44,448 nt of DNA from positions 1 through 44,448 of the IMG/VR virus record IMGVR_UViG_3300038673_000329; one strand, written 5' to 3'. This DNA comes from a virus (taxonomy: Duplodnaviria > Caudoviricetes). A program made the position numbers and the translations under genes. The first letter of the stretch is position 1. Each line of letters begins with the position of its first letter. The notes under the pieces are model-generated. The model had not been told where the DNA came from. It made no database searches and worked only from the letters and a program-made list of their open reading frames with translations. Of the stretch, positions 8,905-17,549 are shown piece by piece.

Positions 8905-10984
8905 GTTTCCAAGCCTCCCAACTCTCTAACTTACCCCACGAATATCCCACTTCTGCATCTGCCTTAAATGGCACATTGCAGTTCTCGAGTTGCTTTTCGG
9001 GCTGTTCCTTCATAATCCGAGTACCGACCTCGACTATCCAGTTAACAATATCTGGCCTGTCTGTACATTCGAATATAATTGAGTCATGCACGTTGTTGAT
9101 AATCTTGATGTCGTCTCGATACGGCCCACTCATTATTTCATCATGAATGTCCATAAGGCTTATCAGCGTCAAATCTGTTGCGATACTGGATACGGGGAAG
9201 TTGATGGATTCATTTTGTATGTTGTTGATGTTCGAGGCGGTGATAACGAAATGCCGCATACGGCCGAATGCCGATATACATTCTTGTCCGCGTTGTGGCT
9301 TGAGTCGCGTTTCCTGAATCCACTTCTTGACCTGCGGCATTGGTGCGTACCACTTTGCAATGATACCATTTGCCTCGCTGATTGAGCATCCAAATTCGTC
9401 CATCAAGGATGCCGCACCGCGCCCATATGCTATACCGAAATTAATAGTCTTTGCCTGGACGCGTTGCTCCTTTGTAAAGTTCGGTCCAAACATGTCCGTC
9501 GCGACAGCATCATGCAAATCACGGCCTTCGACGAATACGTTTATCAACCAAGGATCTTGTGACAGATAAGCCAGTGCACGAAGTTCTGCCTGCGAGTAAT
9601 CCAACTGAACAAGTATCTTACCTGGTGCGGCCTTAAAGATGTTCTTGATCTTCTTATCGCGTGGGATGTTCTGCATGTTCGGCTCAGAGCAGCTAAGTCG
9701 GCCAGTCTCAGTTCCGTGCAGGTTAAACGTAGCATGAACACGCCCGTCGCTACACATCGCATCTCTAATGCCGAACACATACGTATCGAGTTGTTTGTGA
9801 AGCTTACGAGACTGCATGAGCGCCTTGATAAAAGCCTGTTCCCTATATGACTTGCCCAGCGCTTCAAGCGCATCGGCGTCTGTGCATGTGACATCCTCAC
9901 CAGTTACCTTACTCAGTAACCACTTTAATTGCGCCGGTGACTTCAAGTTAAATCGGTTCGGCATCGACTTCGCCCCCGTATCGCGAACATACTGCACAGC
10001 ATTCCAATATGCATTGGCGGCCGCTTCTACGATATCATCAGCCTCATCGCACGCCTCCTGCAACTCAATGTGTATCGCATTTAAGTGTTCCTGGTCTACC
10101 ATAAATCCGTTCGACTCAAGATGCGTGTATACATTGGATGCACGTATCAAATTGCCGTATGCGCGCATGGCGCTAGGACGTGCAATCTTACGGAAAAGAT
10201 GCAGAAGCATAAACGTCGCGGTACAGTCCATTGCGAGGTATGGGAGCATTATCTCGAGCGGGATGTCATCGTATCGAAAGTCGGCTATCTTTATCTTGAG
10301 TGCACGTGCCCGCTTCTTCTTGTACTCGTCCAGCTCATCGTCCCACTGCGGTGCTTGAAGATAAAGGGGAGCCAATACCTTCAAGCCATGGGTTCCCTTC
10401 TTTTCGTTGATGCCGACATAATGTAACAGCATAGTATCTTCATCAACACGTGCATGCACGCCGCACACCCATCGTAGCCGACCAATGTCGAACTTACCAT
10501 TGTGCCACAGGAACTGCATTTGCGAAACCGGGGTCTTGAACAGCTTGTTTAACGCGGCGCAAACCGGAGGCGTGAAGATTCCAATGATTCCAACCTCTCT
10601 AGTATCGGCCGTCTTGATGCCTAAGAGTAGCATGTTCTGATTGTCCCACCCCGTGTGGCTACATTCAATATCACAAGCTACCACTCCGCGATAACTTCCC
10701 AGCCTGTTCAAGTACGCGATAGCGTCCGCCTCTGTGCGGTATAATTTGTACGGGATATTCCAAAAGTCTTTTCCACTCGCTACAATCGATAAATCGACAT
10801 GTGCGAATGCCATAATGGACTCACAGTATCGATCGACCTCACGGGGATAACTGCGCAGATATTTTTCAGGGGGAACGTATAAAACGTTCCCCACCGATCT
10901 ATACCAGCGCTCGCGGTTCATCGTATCCTTGACACTACGGTCGTCTGGGAAGTCTGGACACACGGCCTTGATAATGTTATTCAT
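8882..10984 (-). CDS. polA: Family A DNA polymerase with 3'-5' exonuclease domain
   Basis: DIE, HNGKFD, YxxxD exonuclease motifs; TGRLS, DYSQAELR, KTINFGIAYG, VHDS polymerase motifs. Confidence 0.95.
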   Translation of the reverse strand: MNNIIKAVCPDFPDDRSVKDTMNRERWYRSVGNVLYVPPEKYLRSYPREVDRYCESIMAFAHVDLSIVASGKDFWNIPYKLYRTEADAIAYLNRLGSYRGVVACDIECSHTGWDNQNMLLLGIKTADTREVGIIGIFTPPVCAALNKLFKTPVSQMQFLWHNGKFDIGRLRWVCGVHARVDEDTMLLHYVGINEKKGTHGLKVLAPLYLQAPQWDDELDEYKKKRARALKIKIADFRYDDIPLEIMLPYLAMDCTATFMLLHLFRKIARPSAMRAYGNLIRASNVYTHLESNGFMVDQEHLNAIHIELQEACDEADDIVEAAANAYWNAVQYVRDTGAKSMPNRFNLKSPAQLKWLLSKVTGEDVTCTDADALEALGKSYREQAFIKALMQSRKLHKQLDTYVFGIRDAMCSDGRVHATFNLHGTETGRLSCSEPNMQNIPRDKKIKNIFKAAPGKILVQLDYSQAELRALAYLSQDPWLINVFVEGRDLHDAVATDMFGPNFTKEQRVQAKTINFGIAYGRGAASLMDEFGCSISEANGIIAKWYAPMPQVKKWIQETRLKPQRGQECISAFGRMRHFVITASNINNIQNESINFPVSSIATDLTLISLMDIHDEIMSGPYRDDIKIINNVHDSIIFECTDRPDIVNWIVEVGTRIMKEQPEKQLENCNVPFKADAEVGYSWGKLESWEAWKRAKEEIV

Positions 10985-11733
10985 GACCAGTAAGCCTCCT
11001 TGAATCGGCAGTTGATGAATGTTTGCCAGTCGACACTGTCGTTTACCAAATCAACTGTAAACCCGTCCGGGCGTGTACCGGTTATAGGACTGATGCTATG
11101 CTTTGCAAAGAACGTCGCTAAACAGGTATCGACAGACCGGATGTCCTCAGGATACTGATATTGCACCAGCTCATTATAATTGTACCATAATCCGAGAAGA
11201 TGTATCTGTGGCGGCGTGTCTACATTCCAGCACATTTCGCGCCACAAATACTCAAAGTACGGCCGGCCTTTCGGATGCAGCTTAGCGCATACCTTAGGAA
11301 TGCCGATAACATCTAGCCCTAATCCTAGCATGCGTCTAAAACATTCTGCAAACTCTCGTGGGTCATTACCTTGGCACACACCCATGTACTTGAACGGCCT
11401 CTCGAGGTTCAGATCCTGCTCGATCTTCTTACACTCTCTAAGTGCTTTCTCGGTACTGGCAAGTGTTGCGGGTCCGTTGCGAAAAACATCAGGCAGTATA
11501 ATCTCGTCCGCATTAATGGCCAGTGCGGCATTAACCAAACGAGTAGTAGACACAGCGTCACCGAGTTCAATCAGGGAATTGTCCAAAATCTTATACCCTT
11601 TGAAGTAACGAGCGAAGTTGCTGTAGCCGACAGAGTGCTCAACTAGGTGAGTAAGAAACATCCCCATCGGCGCATCTTTGATGTAGCCTAGGTTCGCAAT
11701 GGGCACGATATCGATGACTTGCATCATGGCCAC
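10981..11733 (-). CDS. Short TGT/DpdA-like TIM-barrel base-exchange protein
   Basis: Ordered motifs ILDNS, IILPD, MGVCQG, VIGIP, IHLLG, RSVDT parallel the TGT/DpdA DSG, catalytic D, GxxQG, G, HxLG and FD motifs; adjacent to QueC and YhhQ. Confidence 0.7.
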   Translation of the reverse strand: MAMMQVIDIVPIANLGYIKDAPMGMFLTHLVEHSVGYSNFARYFKGYKILDNSLIELGDAVSTTRLVNAALAINADEIILPDVFRNGPATLASTEKALRECKKIEQDLNLERPFKYMGVCQGNDPREFAECFRRMLGLGLDVIGIPKVCAKLHPKGRPYFEYLWREMCWNVDTPPQIHLLGLWYNYNELVQYQYPEDIRSVDTCLATFFAKHSISPITGTRPDGFTVDLVNDSVDWQTFINCRFKEAYWS

Positions 11734-12113
11734 TCCCTCCTTTGCCAGGGCATCTTCAAGTCACGTTCCGGCTCATCAGGCTGATATGTTTCATAGTGCA
11801 TCAGCGCCGCTATGTTCCATATAGCCGCAGCCAGATGGTCCTCAGTGCGATCGCCGGCAAGCCAACGGTAGAGATGCCTAATGGTGGAGCTAAAACACCG
11901 CGAATCTTTGAGGCCCTTTTCCCAGTTTCGGTTCGCATACTTGTTTGCACCCCGTTCGTAGTGCAGCGCCAGTCGATGAAGCATGATGGGCGGAATCAAT
12001 TCATAGCAGCCTTTCTCTTCGGCAGGTTCACGCATGCCGCCAGTACGTTCCAGTTCACGCTTGCCGCCATCAGGAAGCGGTGTTGCCTTGGCATCATCTC
12101 TTTTGATAATCAT
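11724..12113 (-). CDS. dATP/dGTP diphosphohydrolase-domain protein (DUF5664-like)
   Basis: KGxYELIP, GANKYANRNWEKG, RH, EDHLAAAIWN. Confidence 0.85.
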   Translation of the reverse strand: MIIKRDDAKATPLPDGGKRELERTGGMREPAEEKGCYELIPPIMLHRLALHYERGANKYANRNWEKGLKDSRCFSSTIRHLYRWLAGDRTEDHLAAAIWNIAALMHYETYQPDEPERDLKMPWQRREWP

Positions 12114-12463
12114 TCTATGGGTACCTCCAGTTCATAGAATTTGTCACCATACTGCTCAGGATAACGTTCACGAAGTTTTACGTAATTCATGCGAATCACG
12201 TCGTTCAGTGATATACCGAGCAGATGGCACAGATGGGCCAAGTACCAAATCACATCGCCGACTTCCTCAACAAACCGCTCAGTTGGGACGTCCTTACCAT
12301 GAAGCAACTTTTTTACGAGGTCCGCTACCTCACCCGATTCACCACATATGCCCAATGCGGCGTTGAACAGCCTTTTCTCCCGGTTGGCGGATGGGTTTGT
12401 ATACCCATCCGCTACGAACTCCTGATAGTTAGTTAAAGAGACTATACTCTTCTTTACTGTCAT
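12110..12463 (-). CDS. MazG-like nucleoside triphosphate pyrophosphohydrolase
   Basis: LGICGESGEVADLVKK, EEVGDVIWY, NxxKLRERYP; start placed at the ATG downstream of GGAGG. Confidence 0.9.
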   Translation of the reverse strand: MTVKKSIVSLTNYQEFVADGYTNPSANREKRLFNAALGICGESGEVADLVKKLLHGKDVPTERFVEEVGDVIWYLAHLCHLLGISLNDVIRMNYVKLRERYPEQYGDKFYELEVPIE

Positions 12464-13097
12464 AAACGTCCAAACCCTCCTCTTTCTTAACTTTCTTGAC
12501 AACGGCACTGGTCAGCGGCAGAACTACTATTTCATACACTGTCTTCATAATAACCTGAGTGAGTATCATGGGGACCATGGCGCCCGCCGGAAGAACGCCA
12601 ATGAACGCTATGGTAATGAATATACACGAGTCGACTAGCTCGCCGACTACTGTTGAGACGATGGCGCGCACGCCGAAGTACTTACCGCCCATCATGACCT
12701 TCATTTTACTGATGACCGCGGCGTTTAGATATGAACCACATACATACGCAACCAAGCTAGCACCAAGTAATCTCGGCGTGCTTCCCAACGCTGTCTTGAA
12801 CGCTTCAGCATCCGCAAACCACACAGGCGCCGCAATGTGTATCGCCGCCTGGAAGTATAACACCATCAACAGATTCATACCAAAGCCGAGCCACATAATG
12901 TACCGCGCCGTCTTGAACCCGTACACCTCAGCGATGACATCGCTCATGATGTACGCGATCGGGAACACGAGCACGCCGGCGGTAATCTCCCACGGACCGA
13001 TCACAATCATCCGCGAGGCGATTACATTGGATATGAGCAAACAGGTGATGAACAGAACGCCAAAGAACATGAGTAACGGAGTAATCGTTTTCTTCAT
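12429..13097 (-). CDS. yhhQ: Queuosine precursor transporter (YhhQ/VUT family)
   Basis: Multi-TM protein with SNVIASR, FPIAYIMSDVIAEVYG, STVVGELVDSCIFITIAF, KTVYE. Confidence 0.92.
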   Translation of the reverse strand: MKKTITPLLMFFGVLFITCLLISNVIASRMIVIGPWEITAGVLVFPIAYIMSDVIAEVYGFKTARYIMWLGFGMNLLMVLYFQAAIHIAAPVWFADAEAFKTALGSTPRLLGASLVAYVCGSYLNAAVISKMKVMMGGKYFGVRAIVSTVVGELVDSCIFITIAFIGVLPAGAMVPMILTQVIMKTVYEIVVLPLTSAVVKKVKKEEGLDVYDSKEEYSLFN

Positions 13098-13113
13098 AGG
13101 TGTGTTTCCTTTC

Positions 13114-13782
13114 TTACCGAGGCTCAAGGCCATTTTTTATGAACGCATTTCTGCGGTCAATGCACGTTCCACACGCGCCGCAGGGCGCACTGTTGCCCTC
13201 ATAGCAGCTCCAGGTATGGCTAAAGTCTACACCGCACCGCACGCCGATTTTTACGATATCCGCTTTGGACATCCTAATGAAGGGCGCATATAACGTCACT
13301 AAACCGGATGTGCCATGCCGTATGGCCTGATTCATAGCCTCAGCGAAGGATATCGAGCAATCGGGATAAGCGCTTCCGGCTGCGTCATCGGCATGCGCAG
13401 CATAGGCTACCTGATTACAACCTATTTGAAGCGCGACCGCTGTTGCGTATGAAAGCAGTAGACCATTGCGGAACGGTACATATGTGCTCACGGGGCGCCC
13501 ATTAGCCTGCTTAAAATACGCTTCGTGCACAATGGGCGTTTTACTGTCCATTAGGAGAGAGCTAACATCCGGATTGAACGTGAACACAGTGCCCAGATCA
13601 ACCTCCATCAACGGCATGTTCATCTTGCTGGCCTGCCACTTTGCGCAATCAACCTCTTTGGTATGCTTTTGGCCGTAGTACGCGAACAATCCCACATTAG
13701 CTGTTCTTGGGCCGTCCATCATGTGCGCTAGCACAGTACTATCCAACCCACCACTCATAAGTATTAGTGTTCTGTCCTGCAT
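13114..13782 (-). CDS. queC: 7-cyano-7-deazaguanine synthase
   Basis: SGGLDS PP-loop, YGQKH, YVPFRN, YPDC, WSCYx6CxxCxxC zinc site. Confidence 0.93.
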   Translation of the reverse strand: MQDRTLILMSGGLDSTVLAHMMDGPRTANVGLFAYYGQKHTKEVDCAKWQASKMNMPLMEVDLGTVFTFNPDVSSLLMDSKTPIVHEAYFKQANGRPVSTYVPFRNGLLLSYATAVALQIGCNQVAYAAHADDAAGSAYPDCSISFAEAMNQAIRHGTSGLVTLYAPFIRMSKADIVKIGVRCGVDFSHTWSCYEGNSAPCGACGTCIDRRNAFIKNGLEPR

Positions 13783-14021
13783 CGCAAAATATTCCTCCGT
13801 TCAATATACTCTAGACACTCTTCTGTTGCCCTATAGGCACCGGATGCCAAACCTTTAACAGCACCCGCCAACAGCAAATCCTTATAGATATCATTCATGA
13901 GCCAACGATCTACGTCAATGACTTCACGCGTCAGTTTGAGGCTGACAACCCCTGCTTGAAAAATGGCTTCCAGCATCGGATATTTGTTCACGTACTTATC
14001 CACGATGCGTGTATCAAGCAT
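13764..14021 (-). CDS. Small winged-helix-like protein
   Basis: Resembles the C-terminus of the upstream primase-helicase; likely start is the ATG at 14021 after GGGGTG. Confidence 0.65.
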   Translation of the reverse strand: MLDTRIVDKYVNKYPMLEAIFQAGVVSLKLTREVIDVDRWLMNDIYKDLLLAGAVKGLASGAYRATEECLEYIERRNILRCRTEH

Positions 14022-14022
14022 A

Positions 14023-16740
14023 TCATTCACCCCCGATCTGTTTCGTGATTTCAATTAGCATCTTATCAGGTGAATAAGCACCCGAGTTGCCCAACCTGAC
14101 CAAGCCACGACGTAGTAGCTCTGACAGTAACTTAGAAGCCTCGGTCTTATCGATGCCGAGTATCTCCTGCATCTGGCCGCCTCTGAACTGGTTGGAGGAC
14201 AGTAGCACGCGCAGCGCGGGGTACATACTAATCTGTGCTTTGATGAACGTTACGTTCTGAACACGCTCCCGCTGTACACGCTTACTCTCCTTGATGAACC
14301 CGGCGTAGTCCAATGTCGGCTTGCCGAATGTTGTACGCAGGAATGTGATGGCATCATTGACTTCTTTATCCGTCACCTCAACGCAGCGCTCAACAATCCG
14401 GCCCTTTAGTATTGCACATGCACATGATATACGTAAAATCTTCTCGTGTACGGCAACACCTACGACCAACGGCCCACCGCCAAACTCCTCTTCAAGTTCG
14501 CGCGCGGCTTGCTTAACAGCTTCAACCGCATCGCGCTCCAGAATGATATCATCCACAGGTACTGACCATGCATACGCTACAAGATCCATCATCTTGGATA
14601 TGATATCATCCATGTTGACGGGCTCTTCAACGTCTTGAAACGAATTAACATCAACATCATCGCGAGCCGCCGCAATGAGTACATCATAGCGTGCTTGGTC
14701 CTCAGCTATGGGTATGAATTCCTGAAACGCACCATAACCCTTCCAGTAGAACTCATCAATGTTACGCCCACTTCTCGGGTTGGATAACCAGATAATTCGT
14801 GTCCGCGCTCGGGCCTCCCCCTTAGCGATTTTGTTTATTGTGACCGCACCACTAGATCGGGTAGCCGACAGTTCCTTGATGTCGTCTACACTCAAACCAG
14901 AGGCTTCATCAACCAGCAGCAAACCCTTATCGTTAAGCGGTATTGCACCCCACGTGATAACCCACGAGTCACCAAATCTTTGTACGCCGCCAATGACGCC
15001 CGTACGCTTAGCATTCTCTCCATTGATATACGAGCCCATGCCAAGTGTACGCACAAACCGCTGAGCCATCTGCGACTTACCTGTTCGCGTATCGCCGATG
15101 ACCATTGTATCCAACCAACCCTTAATAATTCCTGAGCGCCATTTAATCTCTGTCACCGACAAGTAAGTGAGCAGTAATGCACCGAACAAATCTAGGCGTC
15201 CCTCTATACCAAGGCGCGCACGCCATAGATTATAATGCTCTTCAAGTACCGCCCAAATGTCCTCCCCAGCGTGTTTATTTGCAATGGCCTGGAAGAACAA
15301 TATCGTCTCTTTCGGTATCGACAGTCCGGCAACACTTGCCTGTGGTGTCGCGGCCTTACGTATCACATAATAGTTCTGCTGTGATCGCGGATCTGACACG
15401 CGGCAGGCTTCGAAGTCATACTTTACCGTTGGAAGCAGGCGCCCTTCATCGTACAGGAACAAACCGTAGCGATGATCAAACGATGCTTCCTCGACACCAT
15501 CCATGAACGATGCCGACTCCTGGAATAGAATTTTCTGAACATTTGTGAATGCGACTGGCTCGGCAATGATTGACTTACAACCGAACAACTTCTGTAAGTA
15601 CGTGTCCTGTGTAGTATCAGGCGACTCTACAAACAGAACCATCTGCCTCGGCTCCACATCAAGTTCAATTGGGACACGTGTAGATCCAATGTTACATCGC
15701 TTTTCACACTTCGAGTTCTTACACAGCAGCTTCAACTTAGTCGGAATAGTGTACGTTTTAGGATCGGCGCCCGTTATGCACATGTTGTTCAGTTGAATCC
15801 AGCTGTTCAAGTTCTCGACGAACTCACTCTTCGTGAGCGTCGTAGTACCAACCACAGCGGTATTCGCTGCGTCGGGACCGGCCATAGCGGACTCTGTCCA
15901 GGGTTCGAAATCCAAGCTATGGTACTTGATCCAGAAATCCGTGAAGTCTTTTTCTGGAAGCCGGACTCTTGTAATGTCCTTTGTGTACGGTCGCAAACCT
16001 GTAATGTATCGCTGTGCATTCTTATCGCCGGCCGCATCATTGTCTGTCATTATCACAACTTTGCGCCCAGCAAACAGATCAAGCTCAGCGAACGGAAGCG
16101 TCGTGCCTCCCGTTCCCGTCATTGCATTCAATCCGCATGACAACGCTACCAAGCAATCTTTTTCACCCTCTACGATGTAAATAGGCTCGCTGGGGTCCGC
16201 ATCAAGAAGAACGCTGTACGGATATAACCGACATTCATTAAGACCCTTCATGCCTATGACCTTCGCATTGTTACTCTCCACAATACGCTTACTCGGTGGC
16301 AAGTACTTGCGAACGTTAACAAGCATCCCGGTTCTTGAACGGATTGGTATAGTCACACGTATGTCATCCCAGCCGAGCTGATATTTTTCAATGATCTCGT
16401 CGGTTATGCCGAAACCATGTAGCTCATCAAGTGCGGCAGGTCTGCGCTGTAGTGCAGCCATACATTTCTCAATGTACTCCTCTGATGGAAACATCCACGC
16501 GCCCGTCTTATGGTATCGATGACACGCGTTTACTGCAATACCTCTTGGCACATCATAAAACTCGGTAATGAACTCTACGTGATGCCCGCCCTTACCACAT
16601 CCATGACAAAACCAGGCATCCGTCTCAACATTTACCGTGAAGGATGCGTTGGTGTCGTTATGCATCGGACATATTCCGTAGATCTGATTTCCCGATGTTT
16701 TACTATCATCGAAATCGATGAATTGATCGTAGAAACCCAA
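14023..16740 (-). CDS. DnaG-type primase fused to MCM-like AAA+ helicase
   Basis: CPMH...CHGC zinc finger, TOPRIM (VEGEKD, DND), Cys cluster, GDTRTGKSQ Walker A, LLVDEAS Walker B, SNP sensor, ARYD arginine finger; TTG start with GAGGGGG RBS. Confidence 0.85.
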   Translation of the reverse strand: MGFYDQFIDFDDSKTSGNQIYGICPMHNDTNASFTVNVETDAWFCHGCGKGGHHVEFITEFYDVPRGIAVNACHRYHKTGAWMFPSEEYIEKCMAALQRRPAALDELHGFGITDEIIEKYQLGWDDIRVTIPIRSRTGMLVNVRKYLPPSKRIVESNNAKVIGMKGLNECRLYPYSVLLDADPSEPIYIVEGEKDCLVALSCGLNAMTGTGGTTLPFAELDLFAGRKVVIMTDNDAAGDKNAQRYITGLRPYTKDITRVRLPEKDFTDFWIKYHSLDFEPWTESAMAGPDAANTAVVGTTTLTKSEFVENLNSWIQLNNMCITGADPKTYTIPTKLKLLCKNSKCEKRCNIGSTRVPIELDVEPRQMVLFVESPDTTQDTYLQKLFGCKSIIAEPVAFTNVQKILFQESASFMDGVEEASFDHRYGLFLYDEGRLLPTVKYDFEACRVSDPRSQQNYYVIRKAATPQASVAGLSIPKETILFFQAIANKHAGEDIWAVLEEHYNLWRARLGIEGRLDLFGALLLTYLSVTEIKWRSGIIKGWLDTMVIGDTRTGKSQMAQRFVRTLGMGSYINGENAKRTGVIGGVQRFGDSWVITWGAIPLNDKGLLLVDEASGLSVDDIKELSATRSSGAVTINKIAKGEARARTRIIWLSNPRSGRNIDEFYWKGYGAFQEFIPIAEDQARYDVLIAAARDDVDVNSFQDVEEPVNMDDIISKMMDLVAYAWSVPVDDIILERDAVEAVKQAARELEEEFGGGPLVVGVAVHEKILRISCACAILKGRIVERCVEVTDKEVNDAITFLRTTFGKPTLDYAGFIKESKRVQRERVQNVTFIKAQISMYPALRVLLSSNQFRGGQMQEILGIDKTEASKLLSELLRRGLVRLGNSGAYSPDKMLIEITKQIGGE

Positions 16741-16859
16741 TTAACTACCCCCTCTCGCGCGGGCAGCAACAACCGATAAAAGAGGGGTCCCCTCTATCTC
16801 CTCCATAACCTAGAGCGGGCCCCCTTCTTCTATGGCCGCCCGTAGCGGCATCAATTCAA

Positions 16860-17213
16860 TTACGCGGCGTATACCTTCTTGATGCGGTTCGTGACTTCGC
16901 CATTGTACTCATCCTGGATGATCTTCGCCTTGAGCGTAACACCGACCAGGTCTTCGGGATCGAAGTCGAGCGCACTACTAGTGTCGATGCCAATCGCATC
17001 AAGCAGTTCGCGCAACTTCCACAGCGTGTTATCCTGCAGTACGTAGTTCTCCCAGATGCGGTTCTTGCTCTCGAGCTCGTCGAACGTGACCTTCAGCATC
17101 GGTGTGCCTTTGGTCTTGCTGGTGGTTTCCTCGACAGCGGCGATCACAACTTCGTAGACACCTTCGAGCAGGGGCTCTCTCTTGGGGACACCAGAGAAAT
17201 CGAGGTTAATCAT
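16860..17213 (-). CDS. DUF669-like single-stranded DNA-binding protein
   Basis: EGVYEVVI...SKTKGTPMLKVTF...YNGEVTNRIK; follows the AAA ATPase gene. Confidence 0.8.
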   Translation of the reverse strand: MINLDFSGVPKREPLLEGVYEVVIAAVEETTSKTKGTPMLKVTFDELESKNRIWENYVLQDNTLWKLRELLDAIGIDTSSALDFDPEDLVGVTLKAKIIQDEYNGEVTNRIKKVYAA

Positions 17214-17282
17214 GGAACACCTTTCCGGGCCTATACTGACCCTACGTTTAACGTCCGTCGACTAATGTGCCCCATACAGGGC

Positions 17283-17364
17283 TGGTGTAGCGAGTAGGAT
17301 TCGAACCTACATACCCAAACTTGTTGAATGGACGTCCAACGCTTTACCATTAAGCTATCGCTAC
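17283..17364 (-). tRNA. tRNA-like gene with non-canonical anticodon arm (identity undetermined)
   Basis: GTAGCGA/TCGCTAC acceptor stem plus ACCA, GCTT/AAGC D stem with AATGGTA loop, GTAGG-TTCGAAT-CCTAC T arm; anticodon loop is 6 or 8 nt. Confidence 0.7.
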
Positions 17365-17549
17365 ATGTAGCCCCCGCGATGTACTTCCATACATGCTTTA
17401 ACGGGCGGGCCACCCGGACCATTTGTCTCACCAGAGTTGGTTACTCACTATAAGTAACACAAGCACGGAGAATCGAACTCCGCTCCCTTCACGCCAGTCC
17501 TCGGTCAACGAGCAGGAATCGAACCTGCCCTTTTGGTGTATAAAGGAGG

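Noticed and set aside
13783-14022. preQ1 riboswitch upstream of queC/yhhQ
   Set aside because: This interval is occupied by an overlapping coding sequence; no preQ1 aptamer pattern recognised.
17283-17364. tRNA as a +1 suppressor for the CCCC site at 4173, or as a queuosine-accepting tRNA-Asp(GTC)
   Set aside because: An 8-nt loop would present GUCC (reading GGAC, not CCCC), and GTC is not preceded by the U33 that TGT needs; no link supported.
17231-17431. 66-aa minus-strand ORF
   Set aside because: It runs through the tRNA-like structure and has no convincing RBS.
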